A DNA stretch of 63,861 bases, filler included, from Rhabdomonas costata (taxonomy: Eukaryota), in assembly GCA_019059605.1 (NCBI GenBank). It is 40 parts of 40 records of this genome, joined end to end, with 100 filler letters (N's around TTAATTAATTAA, not from the genome) between each part and the next. Parts side by side here need not be neighbours in the genome. Positions count along the whole stretch, not along the records: positions 57,802 to 59,306 come from JAHMHO010014289.1; positions 59,407 to 60,911 come from JAHMHO010014290.1; positions 61,012 to 62,516 come from JAHMHO010014291.1; positions 62,617 to 63,861 come from JAHMHO010014434.1; 36 more parts are not named here. One strand, given 5' to 3'. Shown here piece after piece: positions 59,166-63,861 of this stretch. Position numbers and translations under genes: made by a program. The stretch's first letter is position 1. Each line of letters starts with the position of its first letter. Below the pieces are notes generated by a model. That model had not been told where the DNA came from. It saw only the letters and a program-made list of their open reading frames with translations, and ran no database searches.

Positions 59166-62100
59166 ACCCTTCCCGATGGAAGCGCATGATGAGGCACAGG
59201 GCATGGGTGGGAACGCGCACAACCTGAGAATGAAGAAGAGGCAGCGTCTGCGTGCGGTCGTGCGTGAGGTTGGCGATGCGCAGGATGCCCACCCCCCTGC
59301 ATCTGCNNNNNNNNNNNNNNNNNNNNNNNNNNNNNNNNNNNNNNNNNNNNTTAATTAATTAANNNNNNNNNNNNNNNNNNNNNNNNNNNNNNNNNNNNNN
59401 NNNNNNCCCGATGTGCCTTATCATCGACGTCCGAGGTTGTTTTTTCAATGCGTTGGTAACCAAAACAAAATGTGGTGCAAAAATAGGGCCTCCATCCACA
59501 AAAGGCGGAGTCGAGGCTCCCCAGCCGCCAGAGGTTCCACACAACACCCCGTACAGCAAATAAGCTGTTAAGGGAGTTTGCCTGGCCGTTTAGAGTCGCA
59601 AAACCACTCCCTATCAATTCGTTTCGCACAAAGTTTTCCAAGATAAACTCCTTATAGCGAGGGCGTCATGAACCGGTTGGTAACCGGCTACCGGGAGGGC
59701 TGCTTCTCCCGGAAATCCGGAAACCAATACCGAGTGATTCGGACCGCTGCTCGGTCCAATCCTCAACAAGTGGTAGGGATAAAATCCCCAAAAACGTTGC
59801 CAATTGGTTGAAGACGCTTTTCATTCTTTCACAAGGTGCCCCAGGTATTCGAGATTTTCAACAACACAAATGCAGCAGCCATTTCCGATTTTGTCGCCAG
59901 AGAACCTTCCAAACAAAGCAGTGGTTACGTATACAGAAGCGGATAACACCTACTACTGGAACGTAGCATCCGATAAGTGATTTCTTTCGTATGAACAACA
60001 CGACCTGAAATCACCGACGCATGTGAAGCAGAGACCGTTCTCAGCGCGTTGTTCTCTAGACAACTGAAATTGTCGTCACGCAAGGCGGTTCGAGAAAAAG
60101 CGTCATCTGCAGTTTTGGTTTTTCCAGATATGCGAGCAATATTCAGCGGACTGTACAACTGCATTTTTCCACCAATGTGACCCGAAGCGAGGAAGGAGAA
60201 GCTCAGTTTTGGATATCCTTTTGGCAGAGGCTTTAGGCAACTGCAAGCGGGGCGATTATCAATTCGCGGTTTGGCATGATGTATTGGTCAACCACCGTTG
60301 GCCCCGTTGGCCATTACAATATCAAGAGGGAGATCACGATGAACACCTTTGAATTTGACATACATTGACATCCATTTCAGCTAGCTGATCCCATTCGATA
60401 CGAGGGATCTGGACACCGTTGGCCAGCTGTCCCAGCAGGCTGATGATACCGTTCTTCAAGATGATGAACAAAGGGATCTGGAACAAGCACTGAGGTTTCC
60501 ACTGGAGGATTCCAATGCCAAAGATCACCAAGAGCAAGCCGTTATCAGGAATTCCAATCTCTTGACGCGCCTGCGCAATGGCAGCTCCGGGCGAAAACAC
60601 CTTCAATTAACACTGGAGACCAGACGATGTTTTTTGAAAATCATCTTGGCCCTTGACAAGGTACTTGAAAAAATCCGCGCTGAAAGGAACATGGCTCATG
60701 GCATACGGTGCTGAAAATAATTGGGTGATATCAGCGGTACCGGAGGTTGTTTGTTTGCTTGGTTTTCTGGGCTTCTGGGCTACGAAAAAAAACGCAAGGA
60801 CCCGGTGAAGGCCCCACCACTCCCAGGTCGAAGGGTCGGCCCTCCGACCCTTCAGGGCTCATGCCCTGCCGCTCGTCATCGTCAGCAGCAGCGCGGATGT
60901 AACCACCCAACNNNNNNNNNNNNNNNNNNNNNNNNNNNNNNNNNNNNNNNNNNNNTTAATTAATTAANNNNNNNNNNNNNNNNNNNNNNNNNNNNNNNNN
61001 NNNNNNNNNNNGGTTTTGTGGCTGTGAGCTTTTTTGTTCTTTTGGTTGGTGTCGTTGGCAGTTTGTGAATGTGAGTGCGCAGTGTCGGGGGATCGGATGG
61101 TGAGCCTTGAAGGGATCGTCCGCATTTTGCGGTGATCGCCTTTTTGCGACATTTCTTTTTCTGCATCTCTCTGGAGCGCCTTTCAGGGAGAAAGAACGGG
61201 GACCGGTTTACCATTCAACCTAAAGCAAATCAGGTGCATCCAACGCTGCAAAACGTTTGAATAGAATCTTGCTACTCCCTTCCTCGGTTATCCGGTTTTT
61301 AAATACGCCGCGGCTGGCTGAGCAACTTCAGTCTTTTGTGATTGCAGAAAGCAGAACGTTCACAGGGGTGCCCCGAAAGGCTTCATAATACCATGGGTTC
61401 AGGCCTTGTCTCAACAGATGGGACCTCTCGTTACGGTCATCCACCTTCTCTCTGACAGGCGCTAGTTAGGACTACCTCTTGCGCCTTAGGCGCCGCGAAA
61501 ATGTTGTGCGTAGCTCTCCTTCCCACTCACCTTCGATCTGTGCTGGAAATGCGTGCGTGTGTGGGTGCCGAGTCCAACTTCAACGCGCGTGCATTTTGCA
61601 TTTTACTGGGGTTGTTTTTCTTTTCCTTGTGTGACCTGAATAGACCGACGCCGCACACTTTGACTTTGTCACCCCTTCTCCAAAAATGGACAGGAAAACT
61701 CTCTCTCACACTTAATGTGGATGATGATGGTTTTTTTGTATGGATTCTGGTTAGGGCAGTCCGCCCTGTGAGACCCTGAATGTACTTTCACCTCTTCTCC
61801 TTTTTTCTGGATTTCTTTTGTTTGTGCCCGTGTTTGTGTGCCTTGCTCGCAGCGCTCGGTGAGACGGTACCCTCCGTTACACTGCGGTGCTCTTGCTTTG
61901 TTGGCTTCACCAATTTTAAGTCATCCTCCTCCCGTTCCCCATCAATAGTAAAGAAAAAAGGAGTCAGCTCTCGTCCAAAAATTTGGGTCGGGGTGGGGTG
62001 CGGGCTGTTGTATAAGCCGGAAAGTGGCCTCTTTTTGCCGCTGAGTTGGGGGAAAATGTGCAGAGGATACTTGATTTGAACCCTAACGGTGTAAACGCGC

Positions 62101-62326
62101 ACACCCTCCTGGAAGCTATTTTCCCCAGGCACAGGGAGTCCCACCTGCCGCGGGGGGGGGGGGTCTCAGCTGTTGCCACACTTGGGTCGCTGCCGGTGTG
62201 CCGACTGCTTTCCCCCAAAGGTCTCATCTTCACGGAAAATCGGTCCGGAAGTCAAAAAAACGGATGACGTTTTCTTTGCAACAGACAGAACCAAGTTTTC
62301 TTCAGCTTTCAGTTTCTCCCTTCAAA

Positions 62327-62470
62327 ATGGCCAGCAAAGCCAAGCTTCTTGCTCCCAAAGATGACGATGCCTTCTCCGACAGCGAGGGTGTCGATATCGT
62401 TTCCACATTTGAGGCGATGCCGCTGAGCAACGATCTGCTTCGTGGGGTCTTCAGCTACGGCTTTGAAAAG
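62327..62470 (+). CDS. EIF4A3: DEAD-box helicase eIF4A, most like eIF4A-III; first exon
   Basis: SEGVDIVSTFEAMPLSNDLLRGVFSYGFEK (start of the Q motif); 144-nt exon ending at a GTTTGA donor. Confidence 0.8.
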
Positions 62471-63861
62471 GTTTGAACACCCTCTTGACGCGTTCTGCCC
62501 ACCAGTAAAAACCACANNNNNNNNNNNNNNNNNNNNNNNNNNNNNNNNNNNNNNNNNNNNTTAATTAATTAANNNNNNNNNNNNNNNNNNNNNNNNNNNN
62601 NNNNNNNNNNNNNNNNATACGCGACGACAAGTAAACCAGCGATTCGGCCAATATCGTCCCACAGAGTCAAGTTTCCCACGAGTTTACAGTCCCCAAATCC
62701 CCCCGCAAAAGACTGACTCCTGACATACTACAAATGAAACACATCGAGTCGAAAACGACAAGGGCGGGAGAACAAACAGGAGAATTACACAACCCAACCC
62801 ATGACCAATGAAGCAAAGAGCATTAAAGCACGTGGGAAAGGACGAGGATGGGTAGGAATGCAATGTATGGTTTCAAACAGACTTGCTCTTGCAACCTGCT
62901 CGGCATCGCATGCAGAAGTCGTGGGGGTGGGGGTGCTTTGGACACCTTGAGTCTTGCGCAAGGCCTCCGCCAACTCAGCGCCCTCGTTGGACTTGTACCC
63001 CTCAAATGCCTCGTTGCGATCGGGGGGCTATTTTTTTTGCAGGCAGACCACATCATCGCATTGAGCGCACAGAGGGTGGCGTGGCATCCTCCTCCGGAAG
63101 GACCTCATCGAGCACCTTAATTTCTCCAGAAACCTCTCCTCTCCACAACAGAAGCAAAACGAGGGGAGCAATTCAGGCGCAGTGGCGACTCCGAATTGGA
63201 AGAAATTTAAAAAATTGCCTGCCCCTGGAGCTGCCTCAACAATTGCGCCGAGAAGAACGGAGTGAAGGGAAGCTCGATGGGGAGGGACACAGACCGCCAC
63301 AGCGGAGGAGCGGGCGCCACCACCAGCACCAGCAGAAGCTCCAGAAGCGGTCTTGTGGGCCGTGCCCAAGGGGTGCGCCTGTGAAGAGTGAGTACAGCGC
63401 CTGCGGAGCTGCGCAGACCCGCAGCATAGCTGGCGCGCACGGCTGAGGTCTTTCCCTTATTGTTGCCACGATGGGAGCTAGATTTGCACGGTGAAAGCAG
63501 TCACTCAATGTGAGACGGTACAAGCTGCACGCCAGAAAGGCAGAAAGAGGAAACGAAAAGAATGTGACAGAATTGGCTGCATTTGAGAAGGCTAAAGTGG
63601 TAATAGCAGGAGAAGAACAACCTCCGAGGCCTGCTTGTCCACCTTTGCCGGAATCGCCTGCGCGCGTTCGGGCGTGAGTGAGTGCGTGTGGGTACGCGTA
63701 TGGAAAGGATGAAGACAGAAAACAAAACGATCCTACGCAGGGTTTTCAGGAACGCATGGTGTGGATGCTAGGGAACGAAGGCAGCGTACCGTGCCAATGC
63801 CGAAGCCACCCGAGCCGTCCACCTCCCCCACTCCAGCGTCCTGTGCTGCAGGAGTGCTCTC

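Noticed and set aside
63190-63215. PNWKKFKK resembling the Nbs1 Mre11-binding motif
   Set aside because: The frame is closed by nearby stops on both sides and has no supporting context.

Overview
This is not contiguous chromosome. It is 40 unrelated contigs of about 1.5 kb joined by 39 artificial spacers (44 N + TTAATTAATTAA + 44 N), so neighbouring genes on different contigs carry no linkage information. G/T-rich contig starts, C/A-rich contig ends and three contig-terminal fold-backs point to whole-genome-amplified (probably single-cell) DNA. The source is an intron-rich eukaryote with TTAGGG repeats, most likely a euglenozoan such as a euglenid or diplonemid. That is an inference from a trypanosome-type AdoMetDC C-terminus, putative receptor-cyclase linker paralogs and AG acceptors just upstream of start codons. 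Recognisable spliced gene fragments: P3A H+-ATPase, decayed midasin-like AAA, myosin head, RS protein, DCAF5, TTC5, ERGIC3, CNOT1, a Qb-SNARE, AdoMetDC, a NEK-like kinase lobe, ankyrin exons, CTL/SLC44, RPS11 and eIF4A-III. Mobile and repeat content: a decayed Ty3/Gypsy integrase, an intact DD35E IS630-Tc1 transposase preceded by a separate HTH ORF, a candidate MITE and a dispersed 51-bp minisatellite. Best leads: (1) the two-ORF HTH + DD35E transposon with a splice acceptor between the ORFs; (2) unusual 5' splice sites (pyrimidine at +4, two consecutive GC-AG introns in CNOT1); (3) a 'VMDLD...IVxNL...PYxP' paralog family recovered by manual splicing from two contigs; (4) telomeric repeats that appear to sit inside introns. 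All family assignments are motif recognition from memory; no searches were run.
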